Shown: positions 22,596 to 36,250, counted from the first letter of the stretch. The stretch is DNA of 64,000 nucleotides from Chlorokybus atmophyticus (GCA_009103225.1 RHPI01001043.1:63978-127977); one strand, 5' to 3'. Notes: generated by a model not told the origin, from the sequence alone. A program made the numbers and translations.

Positions 22596-25384
22596 ATGGC
22601 GCCGCCTCCATCGCTGTTGATGTGTCTGAGTCTATTCTCGGCATGGGCGCTGCTGCTGCTGCTCGAGACGGTCGCACCCGCTGCGGCGCAGCTGAACACA
22701 GAACCCTGGCCGTCCTCAGACGGCTACGCAGACGTGAGCGAGACTGTTCTGGCCATGTGTGTCTTGGGCTTCACTGTGCTTGCAACCCCTGGCCTACCAC
22801 GACGCATGCGTATGCATGCACACCTGACTGCCTGGCTGACATGATGCGTTGCTCTCACGCACACACGCAAGCTTCGCTGGCACAAAGGCACGCACTTGCC
22901 TGCTGCTGCATGCTGGGGAGAGGTGCGACCCCTTTGCAGCACGCATGCACCTCACGCCCTCAAACAATTGCTCACAGGTGTCCGAGAAGCACATCCCTGT
23001 TGCTCCGGGTGAGCTCTGCGACGACGTCATCGGTCGCTTCTCCTTCACGCAGCCGAAGCAAGTGTTTGTGTCGCAGTTTCAGCCCTTCAATGCGACCAAA
23101 GGGAACCGACCCTACTGCGATGGCCCGCCGTGGCAAGGCGTTGGACTCGAGGCATCCTTTCAGACAACCTACTTTGTACCAGCCAACGGCATTGTCGGAG
23201 TGTGGATTGGAGGTCAGCTGCTGCATGTGTGCATGCAGTGCATATACATACATACATACATACCCCACGAACGAATGCACTGATTGTTGCTCGGTCCTCC
23301 ATTCACATAGTGTGACCCTGGCTGTGGTGTACACACACGTGCCGTGCGTGTGCATGTGTGTCCACGCATTCCCTTGTGCAAGCGTGCAGAGCATCCGTAT
23401 GCGTATGCGTGCGCGAATGCGCGTGTCTATGCAACGCACACGCACGCGTGCCTGCGACGAGTGACTCACCTCTCCCGATACATGCATACAGGCGTGGAGA
23501 TCATGCGGGGTTATTTCCCAACAGGCAGAACATCTGCGAGTTTCTACCCTGATTTCAGAGGCACCAAGCGCTGGACAATCGAGAAGAGCGTCACTCAGGT
23601 CAGAGACTGATGTTACCAACAACATAGTCAACGATCAGCCCAAACCCTTCTCTCTTTTTCCCTCTCTCTCTCACACATGCATTTCATTTGTGCAGTTCTA
23701 CTCGTTGATGCGCGCGAAGCAGACGGTCAAGGTCTCCGTTGTGTACGATGACAGAGGCAACGACCGGTACCGTCCCGTCCTCAACGCCACCTTCACGCTG
23801 CGCTACTACAGGATTGAACCCGAACACGACGACAAGGCGGCAACATTCCCGCCCGTCGTGCGCCCCATATCGCGAGGTGGGTGGGAATATGATGGTATTA
23901 TAACGTGCGCATGAAGTCACACAGCGTTGTGGTGCCCGCGCGCATGCACACGCGCGCACACACACATGTGCACATGCTGCGTGGCGCCTCAGGCGGGGTG
24001 AATACGGCACCTTGGTTCACGCTTGCAACGGGTGGCATTGGCAACGCCACCCTCACTCTTCCCCGCAACATGGTGTCCGCAAGCATCGAGGTGCACCTCA
24101 CTCGTGCACCCACATCCACACACATGGTCATTGCTAACTCATCGTCACACCAACCCCCTCCCAGGTGATTGGTTCGAAGGCGCCGGAAGCTCCTTTCAAC
24201 CGAAACGAAAATGAGGGCAGGGACAAGCAGGTGCAGGTGCTTGTGGACGGTGTCACGGCGGGGTTCGCTTACGTTGGTTTCGTCGAAGAGGACCGTTTGC
24301 ATGAGCCACTCCCACTCAGCTACAGCCTCGACATCACGCCGTTGGTGGGACGACTCGTAGACGGCAAACCACACACATTCGCACTCAAGAACCCACACCA
24401 ACAAGTGAGCACAAGCGACTGTGTGCGTTCTGCTACTACTACTCAACTACTAAAGTGCTGTACTTGTGGCAGCTTCTGTTGGTTGGTGCGAATGTGTTTA
24501 TATATGTGGATGGCCGGGTGAATCGCACATCCGGCGCGGTGCTGCAATCGTCCTCGAGCGGACCTTTTCAGCTTGTTGACAATAAACGCGAGTCGCCTGA
24601 TGGGACGGTGTGTCCTGTTGATGAGTCTCCGTACTACAGCTGCAGTCGTAAGGTGGCCAACTCCAGCGTCACGCTCAGGGGATCCATCACAGTAAGTGGC
24701 AAACACACGCATGTGTATGTGTGTGTATGTGTGTGTGTGTGCGCGCGCGCGCGGGTGGGTGGGTGGATGCGCGGGCGCATGCATGTGCGCACGCGTGCGT
24801 GCGTGTGTTGTTGGTGATGTTGCATGGGCATGGCATGACACATGGTGACCACATCAACAACCAACCACACTTCTGTTCTCCTGCAGTCTTCGGCCGGCGT
24901 GGAGTACGTCAACGTGACACAGACTGCCAGCTTGGTGTGGGAGGGCGAGAGCGGCTACTGCAGCGGGCTCGACATCGATTTGCTTATCACCCAGCAGACC
25001 TCTCGCGGCAACACGCCCACAAGAAGCACGAGTGTTGGTCGCACGGAGAGCGTGTTCGCCATCCACGATCGCTCTTGCCAAGACCTCGGGTGCTCGTATT
25101 ACGCCACGTTGGACTCGTTGTACAGCGTGAGACGCACACGGAAACGTGTACTGCTCAGAAAACAGTATCACCGCACGTACTTGCAACATTCGGATGTGTC
25201 CCGCGGCTATCCGGACTACAGCTACGACCCATGCGATTATTCTGAAGACAGCAGCTCTGAGTTTGTGTATGCGGACTATGAAGACGCGCGGTGCTTCACG
25301 CTCAACACCACCAACGAGTACGACACCACCGAGGGCACCTACAGTACAAGCAAGGACACCGTGAAGTGCCCACCGCGCAAATGA
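22596..25384 (+). CDS. Secreted PNGase A (peptide-N4-(N-acetyl-beta-glucosaminyl)asparagine amidase A)-like protein, divergent
   Basis: Signal peptide MAPPPSLLMCLSLFSAWALLLLLETVAPAAA. Spliced segments GVWIG-GVEIMRG, WTIEKSVTQ-FYSLM, LTLPRNMVSASIE, VQVLVDGVTAG, YSLDITPLVGRLVDGKPHTF follow the PNGase A family skeleton. Stop at 25382-25384. Confidence 0.72.
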
Positions 25385-26404
25385 GTGAGCAGCACAAAGG
25401 TCGTGCTGCATTAATTCGTGTGTTATGTTGGCAGCTGCAACAAGTGACTTATAGGCTTGGTGCAATCTAGGATACTGTGTACATCCCATTCCACCCAGCT
25501 GCCAGGCAGCATGACGGTAGCGCTGTCATACGCACATACCTTCCATGCTCAGACCAGGTGCATGCATACACGCAAGAACATTTCCACAGTTAAGATATGC
25601 GTTTTTTAGTGCGCTTGTCAAGGAGAGTGCACACATAGCACAAGCCCATGTGGCCAGGTACTGCATACATGTACTGACTGCTATGGCTAACGGGGTGTTG
25701 GTAGAGTAGGTAGTGAAGTTAGCTAGTGACAGTAGCCCGGTGGTCTACATGCACAGTGTTCACTGCATGTGGACATTATGCTGGGTCCATTGCATGTGTC
25801 GTGCATGTGCATACGTGTTGCGCATTTCTGTACACACCAAGGGTAGACAACGGACACACTGCACTTGACAATTGCAAAAGCAACCGCAACTAGGCTTCCG
25901 CCTTGGACGGGATCTGCATTGCGATGTTGATATGCTTGATGCATACCAAATGCTGATAATGCCTTTCGGGCAAACCTTCCCCTCCTGCTTGCCTCACGTT
26001 GGGGACTACAGAAGCTGTTTGCCAGAGCCATTCTACCAAGGTTGTTAGGGCCCCGAAACAGGGTCTGTGCAATGCTGGGCAGCACTGTCAGTGTGGGAGA
26101 CCACACAGCAGCGGTCACCGCCAACTTGTGACACTGCTGTAGCGGCCACAGGCATGTGAGAACACAGTGTTGTGCCCAAAATGTACATGCACATTTCACA
26201 GGTACATGTGAGCACAGACATGAGGGTACACGTGTGCATGGTTGCATGCGGATGCTAACAGATGATGCATACATCCATGCCAAACAGCGCACACACACCC
26301 AATTCACACTGCTGCACAACAGAGCCACGAACACTCTGTACCAAGCACAACAACACGCAAGTACCAATCTGCCAGACTCACACCAAACTGTTGCTGCTTA
26401 AGCA

Positions 26405-29400
26405 CTACCTGCGCCCCTTCGCCTTGCGTGCGCCTTTGCCCGCCTTATTCACGGGCGCGGGCTTGGCGTGTCCCTTGCGCGTGGCAGCCTTACCAGCTCC
26501 CAACTTACGTCTATCACTCTTCATGCGTCGATCAAGACGTGGACCCGAGGGCTTCGCGGCCTCTTTCCTAGTCATCTTACCCCCACTCTTTCCCCCCTTC
26601 CCCTTCCCTCCCGTAGAGGCCGCCTTGGCGTACAGCTTCGCTATCATCTTGCTCTTGGACTTCTCCGGCACGTCGCCCATGTCCGCGATGACGTTGGCAC
26701 GCACCTTCACCGCCTCGAGCTTCTTTGTCATGCGCTTGCGTCTTCTCGCCTTCGCCTCAGCTACTTTCTTAATAGGCCGTGCATCAATAGCTTTGAATGT
26801 GGCCTTTGCAGCCTCCATTTCCTCTTTTGTAATGGGTGCCTGCGCTTTCATGTGCTTCCTCTCATCTTCCACAAACCAACGCGGGAGGTTGTCGTCGTGG
26901 AAAGCGTATCGGTTGTACGCCGCATCCAACATGTCTTCCCTTTGCTTCTTCCTCAGGATTTTCTGACCATACGCCAACACAGCCGCCTTATCATCCGTGT
27001 CATAATCAGAAGTGTCTATACTATCATCACTCCCATCTTTCATCTCAGCCGGCACAACTTGAAACCCGCTGTCATCAGCCTTTGCAGAAGTTGTGGCCGT
27101 TGCTGCTGCAGCCTTTCTCATGAGCGTGCCCTCATCCTCCTGTTCTTCATCTTCAGAAGTGTCCATTGCATCCGTGCGTGGGGGCTTCACACTCTTGTTG
27201 TGCGTTATGGCAACACCAGCAACATCATCACCATCATCATCATCGTTATCAATACCTGCCCCGGCCGCAGCAGCAAACTGCGCAAACACGGGCTGACCAA
27301 ACCACTGCTCAGTGACTTTGCCCGCAGACGGCTTCTTAGAGGCTTTCTTGTCTAGTGAGACTATCAACGGGTTGGCTTCGGCCTCATCCACGGTGTCGGG
27401 CAGCTTCACTCTCTTCTGCAGGGTCTTCAAGGCTTCGTCCTCATCCATTTCATCCTATGTGTGTGTTCACATGTGTTAAAAAACACGGCAAACACGCATG
27501 TCGATACCACAGCAAAACAAACATGTGCGTGTGTGTACATACTGCATGCGTGCATGTGCGTGTGTTTGTGAGTTTAAGTGCGTGCATGCATGTGTGTAAG
27601 CGTTTGCGCGTGTGCATTCGCACATGCCTGTATGCGCATGCGCGCATGTGTACGTGTGCAGATGTGCAAACTTGTGGCGATTACCAACCTCATGTGGTTG
27701 GGCCTCTTCTCCTCCCTCCAATCGCGCCCGCTGTCTCCGCAGCCTCGCTTTGGAGGCTCCCGCAAAATGCTCGTAAGACCTATCAAGATACTCTTCCATG
27801 AGCGCTTGATATCGCCTCTCCTCACCATCAAAATCAAGGTCCTCATCCTCCTCTTCATCATCATCGCCAACATCCTCCACATCCGCGTCGCTGCCGCTGG
27901 TACCCCCAACATCATCAATATTCTCAGGGACATCATTGATATCTTCATCATCATCTTCATCGGCGACCTTCTTGAGGCTTGTTGTGGTCTTGATGGTGTT
28001 GAGTGAGAAGAGATCCGTGTTGTGGGCGTCGTCGGCGTAAGGGTTGTCGGCGATGGCAGCGTCCCCGCCACCGAGGGCGATGCGCGCACGCTGCTTGGCT
28101 TTACTCTTCATGAGCCTCTTCTTTACACGCCGCTTCTTAGCGTCTATTGAGGCCTTCAGCTCTCGCATCTCCGCCAGGAGCTTCTTCTCCTCACTCGCAT
28201 CTTCATCCCCATCCTGTCAAACACCACACTATCATCATAATGCACTCAGCTCACATAAAAGTACCATCAGCAGTGAGCTGTGACTTGCATGTATGGGCTT
28301 GCCTGTGTGCGCATGTTTGTCATATGACTTTGCATGCAGCAACAAACGTGCAAAACCAGGTACACATGACTGGTACCTGTGCTTCAGTGCCGTTCTCTTC
28401 AGTTTGGTCCTCCTGCAGGGCAACAGGGTTGAGTGTTGGCAACATGCATGGCACTGTCAAGCTGTGTGTGCGAACAAGTGCAATAAACATGAATACCTTA
28501 TCTGTGTCGTCTTCTTCATCATCTGAGGCGTCCACTGCCGTTGTATTCAACTGCTGGCGCATCTGCACGCGCCACCTGGCCAGAAGGACATAGTCAGCAA
28601 GAGTGTGGAGGGAAACAATTTCAGTGATACTCAATGGTACGCTGCATCAACAAGGCTTGCGAATAAGATTCTTACAGTGTACATCGGTGCTACACTGTAG
28701 GTGAGTTGCACAAATAATGCGTGCATGAGTGCTTGTCTGTGTACACTCACATACACGTGTGCACGCGCGCGCATGTGTGTGTACGTGCACGCGCGCGCAT
28801 GTGTGTACACAGTTCACTGACCTGAGCAGCTGCTTAAACTCTCGCTTGCCCAGCACTTTCAAGTCAGCGCAAAGCTCCTTGATCTAAACACCAAAGCAAA
28901 GGGGTCATGAAGACACGAAAGTAACATGACTGCACCCCAGCAGATAACCAGTGTTCCATGTGCGTACTTCATCCGTGGTGTTGGCATGGCTGGCAACTGC
29001 AGTGCAGTCGGGCCCGCTCAAAGAGAAGTTTGAGTACTGGCCAAGCATCTCCACCGGCTTATCGCTATTGACAAAGTCCAGCACCGAACATGACTTGTAC
29101 AGCGTAGACGCACCATCTTCATACCTGTAATGCAACAGTAGTCAACATTGATGAGTTGCACAAAATGCCACAACCAACCCGCACATGCGCATGAACAGCT
29201 TGCATCTGAGGACACATCCATACCCTTCTCGGTGTCGCTTGCGCTTTGTGTCTCTCATAACATCCACAGTCTGCACAATGACACTGGCATCAGAGTCTAT
29301 GACATGATGTGGCTTGGTATGATAAGTACCATCATCATTATGTTTAACAACACCTTTGGTGCTTCATCTGTTTCTTTGAAGAGGTGGCGGGAGTCGAGCA

Positions 29401-31053
29401 GGCGTGGGTCGATCTTCGCGGGCGCTTTGTATCCGCGGCACACGACGTATATCTCAGCAGACGTGTTTCTACTGGCCATCGGCTTGGTGGACTCCACGCG
29501 ATCAAACAACTGTGATAGGGATACACGCATGAATATATCGTTGAACATACTCCCTTACATAGGCATTACACCTGCCTTCAACCGCTATGTACCTGGTTGA
29601 AAGCATACAGCAACGGATTGTAGTCCTGAGACCTGAACACCTGCATGATGTGCATAAACGTTAAAGAAATTTGAAGAATTGGTGCAGCTACAAACAGGAT
29701 AACGGAGTTTTGCATGTGTACACGCTGGGGCAATCTTGTTTCGGTGCACGTACCTTGGAGATGAACCAGCCTCCAGGAGCCAGAAACTCCACAGCTAGCT
29801 TCAACGCATCCAAAGACAATGCAGCCTGCCATGCCATATACACATTGGCACTGGTACCTTTGCAGTTACAGAGTTGCCTGCTCAATGCGGCGCACACACG
29901 CACGCACCATGCATTGCTTATTTAAGAAATGCGCAGCACACATGCACACCCGCTCGCAAGACTGCAGAAGGGCATGTGCTCGATAGAGCATGGTTTGTTG
30001 CTGTTGTGTGTACAGCATGAAGTGTACCATCCCCCCCCCCCCCCAACACACACACTTGCGCTGCACGTGAACACGCACCTGCGTAAACGCTTCAGACGCC
30101 CACGCGCCTCCAACATTGGGCGAACCATCGTGCAGTACAACGTCGAGGACGGCACCGCGGAGCTCGCGCTTGACGGCGGCGCGGCACTTGTTCGTCGTAA
30201 TGTCCTCCATCAGCGTCACGCAACCGCGGATCGGCGCGATCGGGGCCAAATCAACACCGATGACAAGCGACGACACCGGCATGTATTTCGCCGCCACCTG
30301 CGCGTGTGGGATGCGTTTATACCTCTTGTCACGCACGACACAACTCGCATGCAACCAATGATGTGGTTGCGGGTGTGAACCAATGCTGATGTCAGGAACT
30401 ATTGTTGGTATGCATAGTTAACAATACATTTTAGCAGGCAACAACGTGATTTTGACACAAACTACACTACTGGTGTACTCCCCTCCCGCACTTGCAACAA
30501 CAAGTACGGGAAAATTCTGCCAGTTATTGTCGACACTTTTTCAACAACAAATAAGTCATGCAATCTGGCGTGCCAGCAGCACCATCAGCAAATAACGTAG
30601 TAACGACCGGTCCACATAGCCACTCACTACGTTAGCATGCACGCAACATGCACGTAAGCCCAACCACTCAACATAAACATAAGGTGAGAAGGATACAGTA
30701 GACAGGAATTGCCTGAGTTAAACTTGGAATTGAGGTCAGGGTAAGGGTGAGAAGAAGGTGTACCACACAACTCTCTTCACTACTGTACAAACCCTGCAAA
30801 CCCTACAAACAAACACGCAAGCACACAGGCAAGACATCCGTTTACTAGCTGCCAGCGGACAACTGCAGCTCACCTGCAGCCAGCCTCCAGGTGCGGCGCA
30901 TAGGTCGAGCAATGAGGTGCACTTCTCAAGGAAGCCATACTTGCGGTTGAGCTGCACCAGCTTGAAGGCGGCGCGAGACCTGTACCCCTGCTCCTTGGCG
31001 AGGTAGTAGAACTTGTCAAGACGTCCCTTACCCGACGTCTTGCTCTTCCCCAT
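26405..31053 (-). CDS. SPB1: Pre-rRNA 2'-O-ribose methyltransferase SPB1/FTSJ3 (FtsJ domain, DUF3381 region, Spb1 C-terminal domain), about 13 exons
   Basis: [82 protein letters not shown] and [16 protein letters not shown] are recovered by in-phase GT-AG splicing. Confidence 0.97.
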
Positions 31054-31394
31054 CTTGTTGGCTAACCTCCACTCTCAAGCCCACTCCTATGGTGCTGTTC
31101 GCCTCCTCCTGCTCCTGTTCCGCCTGGTAACGCTCCCCTTGCGCCGCCGCCGCCGCCGCCGCCGCGGCTTAGCGGGCCTGATATCGGCAAGCTGTCGTGA
31201 GAAGTTTGGAATATCTGAGCTATACCGATATCGTTGACATATGGGACTTTCTGCAGCTTCCATCGTCGATATTGCCAACAACAACTTTTGGCAGTGCGGC
31301 GGTTCGTGGTTTATTAATTTGGCAGCCAACCCAGCTTAGCCTGATTGAAACTGAGTCGGCTTCAATCAGTCAGGGAATGGATTGATTCCCCCTA

Positions 31395-31530
31395 TGACAA
31401 GCCCCCTTGGCAAAAAGGGTTGGGGGGCTTGTGTAAAAACGCCAATTTCATTTACGGGAAAAAATAGGCTCTATCACAAGCCCCTCCGACAAAGAAGGGT
31501 GGGCGGTTTATGTGAAAAGGGGGGCTTCCA
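31395..31530. repeat. Two degenerate direct copies of a GC hairpin unit (ACAAGCCCCC..GGGGGCTTGT), possible transposon remnant
   Basis: Inverted arms at 31397-31406 and 31423-31432; a second related copy begins near 31474 (TCACAAGCCCCTCCGACAAAGAAGGGTGGG). Confidence 0.5.
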
Positions 31531-32444
31531 TACGGGTATATATGGTACCCATCGGATCCTTAGGCAAAGACTAAGGCAAGACTGCAAGTGACTCACATGC
31601 ATAAGTAATAGAAAAGTAGCATTTCATTCACGCAACATACCGCACACTTAGCAGAATAACTGCTACCCCACGCAATGCATCGTAACAGATAAATACAATG
31701 CACTTGTGCGCCACTATGTTACTCTGCGAGTGCAATGCTTACGTGTGTGCATGGTTGCCATACAGCCCAAGCATAGGCTTTACCATACCTTGTGCAATAC
31801 ATGTGGTAGCAACTCGTGATCTATGATATAATGGCATGTATTGTTAGCAATGTTTGGATGAATCAGCTATTTATATTCATGTATTGTTGTAGTCTTTAAC
31901 TATTGGAGGAGATTAAGACACATTCCAAAAGTAATGTGCATCAACCGTACCAAACTGTACTGTACTTTTAGAAGCACAAATGCCGCACACTTTTTATACC
32001 TTCATTCTGCATTGTGAAGCGCTACCCATAAGCCATAACTACACTTGTAAATGCTGCATAATGTTATTTCAAGTGTGCAATGACGCAAATTGAAGTGCTG
32101 ATTGAAATCATGGGATCAGCTATCCGGATTAGATAGACCATTTCAACCACGCAAAATTACAATATCTTACGGACTACCCTCAAATACCACAGAACTGCTT
32201 GATATGCAAAACAAAAGACTAGCACCAATGCATGCACACGTACATATAACCTACATAAGCAAGTAGTTGAACAACATGGTAAACCGGCCAAACTCTAACA
32301 AGTTGCTCTATTGTGCAAGCGTTCGCTTTAACTGCAAATTGACTCGAGGGATTTGGAGCCAACGAGGTGCGGCCAGCATCACAGATGTATGTGAGACGGA
32401 CATTGTGTCAAAGCAACAACATAGAGCATGTGTAAAACCCACAG

Positions 32445-35400
32445 TCAAAGCCCAGCACCAATGTGAGCCATGTCTAGGGTGCGCACGACGCGGCGCGGCA
32501 TGAGAGCAGGGTTGATGGCGGTGGCGGATTGGAGCGAGTATGCGTAAGCTGTCTTGGAGAAGCCGCTCTTGGGCGCAAAGACCACGTAGTCGCACTTGGA
32601 GAGGAGCCACCACTCGCCAAAGGCCTCCTGCAGGTGCTTTGCCGAGAGGTCATGGGGCAAGTCCCCCGAAACGAGCTCGTCGATGTGGCTGGGCTGCACA
32701 TCTGTAACCAAGACCTGTGCAAAAATCATTCGTTGAGTACTGCTAACTATGCTGTCGCGGACAACTTCACTGAAGGAACACAAGTTGAAACAACAGATAA
32801 TTGATGTCACCTTCTCGCCATACTCCTTGCGCGTTGCCTCACGAAGGGATTCGCTGTCCGTCACAAAGAACCACAGTAATTGCTGATCTGCTCTTCTATG
32901 CTGCCTTGCAACCCACTGCAATGCAAAGCGATAATTGATTGGCAAGCGCAGAGTACATCTGCACCGCAGAGGTGAAACACTTCAATTCTTACCTCTGCGC
33001 AGTCAAAGTAGTCTCTGTATTTGACGTTCCAGCGGTCACGGTCGTCGAGGGTAAGGATCGGTGGTGTGGACTTGAGCGAGCGATCACCCGTGCGCACATG
33101 CACGCCAACCACGAAGTTTGCGTCGCTGTCAAGCGCTGCGCTGTACTGGGCAAACCTCTGCATCACTGCATCTGTTGGCCTGCGCACATTGCACACAAGC
33201 CCTATGTGATTGGCAAAACCATACCATACAATAACAGGCGATCCTTTAACAAATGAGTGCAACAGCTAATCACGCCTGTTACGCACGCACCAGCTGTCCT
33301 GTGACTCACTTGATGAGGAAATGCAGTAGGCAGCCGAAGATGAACTCGGGCTGCAGTCCGTGTCCTCTGAGAGCAGGCCCGGCAGTTGGGTGCTCCATGA
33401 GAATGCTGGTGACGCCCTTGTTGAACGACATGATGACAACGGGCTCAGGGAACCCAACATCCAGCTTGTGTGCGTGCCCCGCAAACACCCCGCCACACCG
33501 CTTCTTTTTCAACCTGATCTGCGGATTGTTTGCACCTCAACGCCAGTGATATGTATGGTATGCGCGCGTGCCACTGTGCGTGTCAACAAAATCAATATGT
33601 TTACCATGTACCTCACAGTCATGCCAGTTCCAAAGCGCAACTTGACCATCAGCGGAGCGAACAAGCTCCCCTTGGCGATCCTTGCCATCCTCTGATCAAC
33701 AAACAGACGACTTAGCAGATAGAGCTATACCAAACCTCAAAGAACGACCAATACAAACCAACCTGTGATGACGGGCATGGGCGGAAGAGACAGATCAGCC
33801 ATGGGTCCGCCAACAACATTGGGGTGGTAATCATAGTCTATGTAGGGTGAGGTGAAAGCGACCTCGTGGCCCGGCCAGTCCAGCAAGAACATTCTGTTGG
33901 TGAGGAGAGCAAACGCCATCGCAGACACCATGCCCGAGAAGCGATCTCCGAGTCCGCCACACATCTCTGTAGCGGTATTGTTGACTCTCGGACCTTGCCT
34001 GCACCTGAACACCACGAACCGCGTGCCCGCTGCCACACAGACACGTTGCCAATTTGCTGGTGAATGTTACATGAAGCAGTGTGTCAACAACTCAAAAAAG
34101 AATTGTCCTACTTTTCACTCACTCACGTGGTGGGTCCTGGCCTTGAATGACAGCTTTCATTGCAGCTTGGTGCATCTGAGCATAGTTGTCCTGCCAGCTG
34201 CCGCACATCTCCGGCTGTCTCGCGAGCTCCTCGCTTGAAGCTTTGGGGCGAGAAAGCACTCGGGGAAGCGCCAGTTGGTCCACACGCGTTGGAAGCGCGT
34301 CCACTACAACACAACCAACAGCAAGCCTGTTACAAGTACAAATGAATGGTCCATACAGGCACACAGACATAGACCCGGACACGCACATACACACGAATGT
34401 GCATCCGATACAGACACAAGCTCGCATATATATATATGTACACGAACACATGCGGACGCATGCACATCAGAGCATGCCTGCACGACGCTGCACAACGCAT
34501 GCATGCGTTCTTGTTAGCCTGTACAGATGCCTGACAGTCTACACTTACAGCAACATCATGTGTGCCTCGGCAGTTGAATATGTATAACAACCAACTACAG
34601 TGGTCTCACCGTTGTGGGCCGCGTTTGCGGCTACATCAGCCCCAAGAAGATCAGCAGCGGCTTCCAACTTGTTGTTGAGCTCAGGAGTGCGCCGCTCGCT
34701 CTCAAGGAAAGCCACCTTCTCCTTGCGCAACGACTCATCCAGCTGGCGCAGGCTGTTGTCGTTCAACCTAAGAAAATTCTTGCCAGTACACACCTGACTC
34801 AGTGCACAGTACGCGGAGCCAACCTACATGTATCACAAGAGTAAACAGCCAGCAGCCAACCTGGTTTTCTGAGCCCTTGTGCTGTTGCATCAACTCTGCG
34901 ATTTCCATCTCCTGACTCGCATCGTCAGCCTAACACAACATCAAGGGTTCGCCAACATAACACAGCTGTAATAGACTCGCCCAAGCAGGGTGCATGAAGT
35001 TAAGCACCACCATTATGTTATTTTGATTTTGCAACCGTGTTGCCACCAAAGTGTGAACAATCTACGAGTGTTGGCATGGAAGCCGTCAACCACCGCCGCC
35101 GTTATCATTATGTGAACCAGCCGCATGAGTGTGTGATGACTTCTACAGCTCATGCAACCATGCACACTTGGTTGTCTGTGTGTACTTGATAGGGAGAGAG
35201 CACGTGGAGACGAACTATGTAATCAGTGCAGTGGTGATTGTGTGACAGCAAGAATGAAACAACAAGGAATGCATACTGGCTGCAATATGTGCATAAGCGT
35301 ATAAGCAACCGGCGAGTTAATGAAGTGCGCTTGCTTGCCTGCTGCTGGGTCGAGTCACCAGCAGAGTCCGCTAACTCTCCTTCCTGCATTGCTGCTGCGG

Positions 35401-35572
35401 CGGCGGCCTCCTTGTCCTGTTGGACGAGTTGCCTGAGGAGGCGAAGGTCCTCCTCTGTGAAGGGGCAGGGCGGCGCCGTCAGCAGCACGTAGCTCAGCAG
35501 GCTCCCCACCGCCATGAACGCCATGTAGATCATCACCCAGTTTACCCGCCGCAGCGCCGACACAGACGACAT
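32445..35572 (-). CDS. Type II membrane GT-B fucosyltransferase-like glycosyltransferase (GT11/GT23/GT37 superfamily)
   Basis: N-terminal TM (VNWVMIYMAFMAVGSLLSYVLL) and stem, then CGGLGDRFSGMVSAMAFALLTNRMFLLDW, motif I VGVHVRTGD, motif II WFFVTDS, motif III EWWLLSKCDYVVFAPKSGFS. About 8-9 exons; stop at 32445-32447. Confidence 0.85.
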
Positions 35573-35949
35573 GATGGGTGGGGGCAGGCTCAACTGTCTC
35601 AGCACCAGGCTAGTCCAGGTGGTGGTGGCTTCAAATACCAGGGCATGCTGGCCTAGCCTGCTTTGGCCTGGCCTCTACTTCACAAGCAGTAGTAGACCTT
35701 CATAAGGCTTAGACTTGCGAGCCCACTAGGCCAACGTCACAGATCCAGTTGACAAGCGCACATGGAGAACATGATCAACAGGTTGTCACCGTCATCATCA
35801 ATGGCCACTGCGTCGCTGCTCCGCCTGCTCTAGCCGCCCACAAGCTGCTTGACCACCAGCAGCTCATGCTCAGACGCAACCGCATGGTGTCATGGTTCAT
35901 AAGATCAAAAATTCATGTATGTATGTCGACACATATATAGACACAACTA

Positions 35950-36140
35950 TAAGAAAAACGGTATTACGTATATATATACATACATATACACATATATATG
36001 TATATATATGTATGTGTATATAAATACATACATATATATACATACATACATATATATATATGTAGATATATGTATACATATACACATGTATATGTGTATA
36101 TATATATATTAAAGTATATATACACACATATATATGAGAA
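35950..36140. repeat. Degenerate (TA)n/(TACA)n microsatellite
   Basis: About 170 nt of TATATATACATAC-type repeats, directly visible. Confidence 0.95.
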
Positions 36141-36182
36141 ACGTATACCGGTAAGTCTCTAAGTAGTACAACGTGATCGAAG

Positions 36183-36250
36183 CACACACATCATGTATAG
36201 CATACATGAAGTGTGTGCTCACTGTGTGAGCACTAAGCAGCTGCTTAGTG
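36183..36250. repeat. Cluster of three overlapping hairpins/palindromes
   Basis: 16-bp stem with 1 mismatch (36183-36198/36202-36217), 8-bp stem GTGCTCAC/GTGAGCAC (36215-36233), and perfect 20-bp palindrome CACTAAGCAGCTGCTTAGTG (36231-36250). Confidence 0.85.

Noticed and set aside
26262-28089. Long plus- and minus-strand ORFs overlapping SPB1 exons (e.g. 26468-27355, 27574-28089)
   Set aside because: Antisense or alternative-frame shadows of long GC-rich SPB1 exons, with no motifs.
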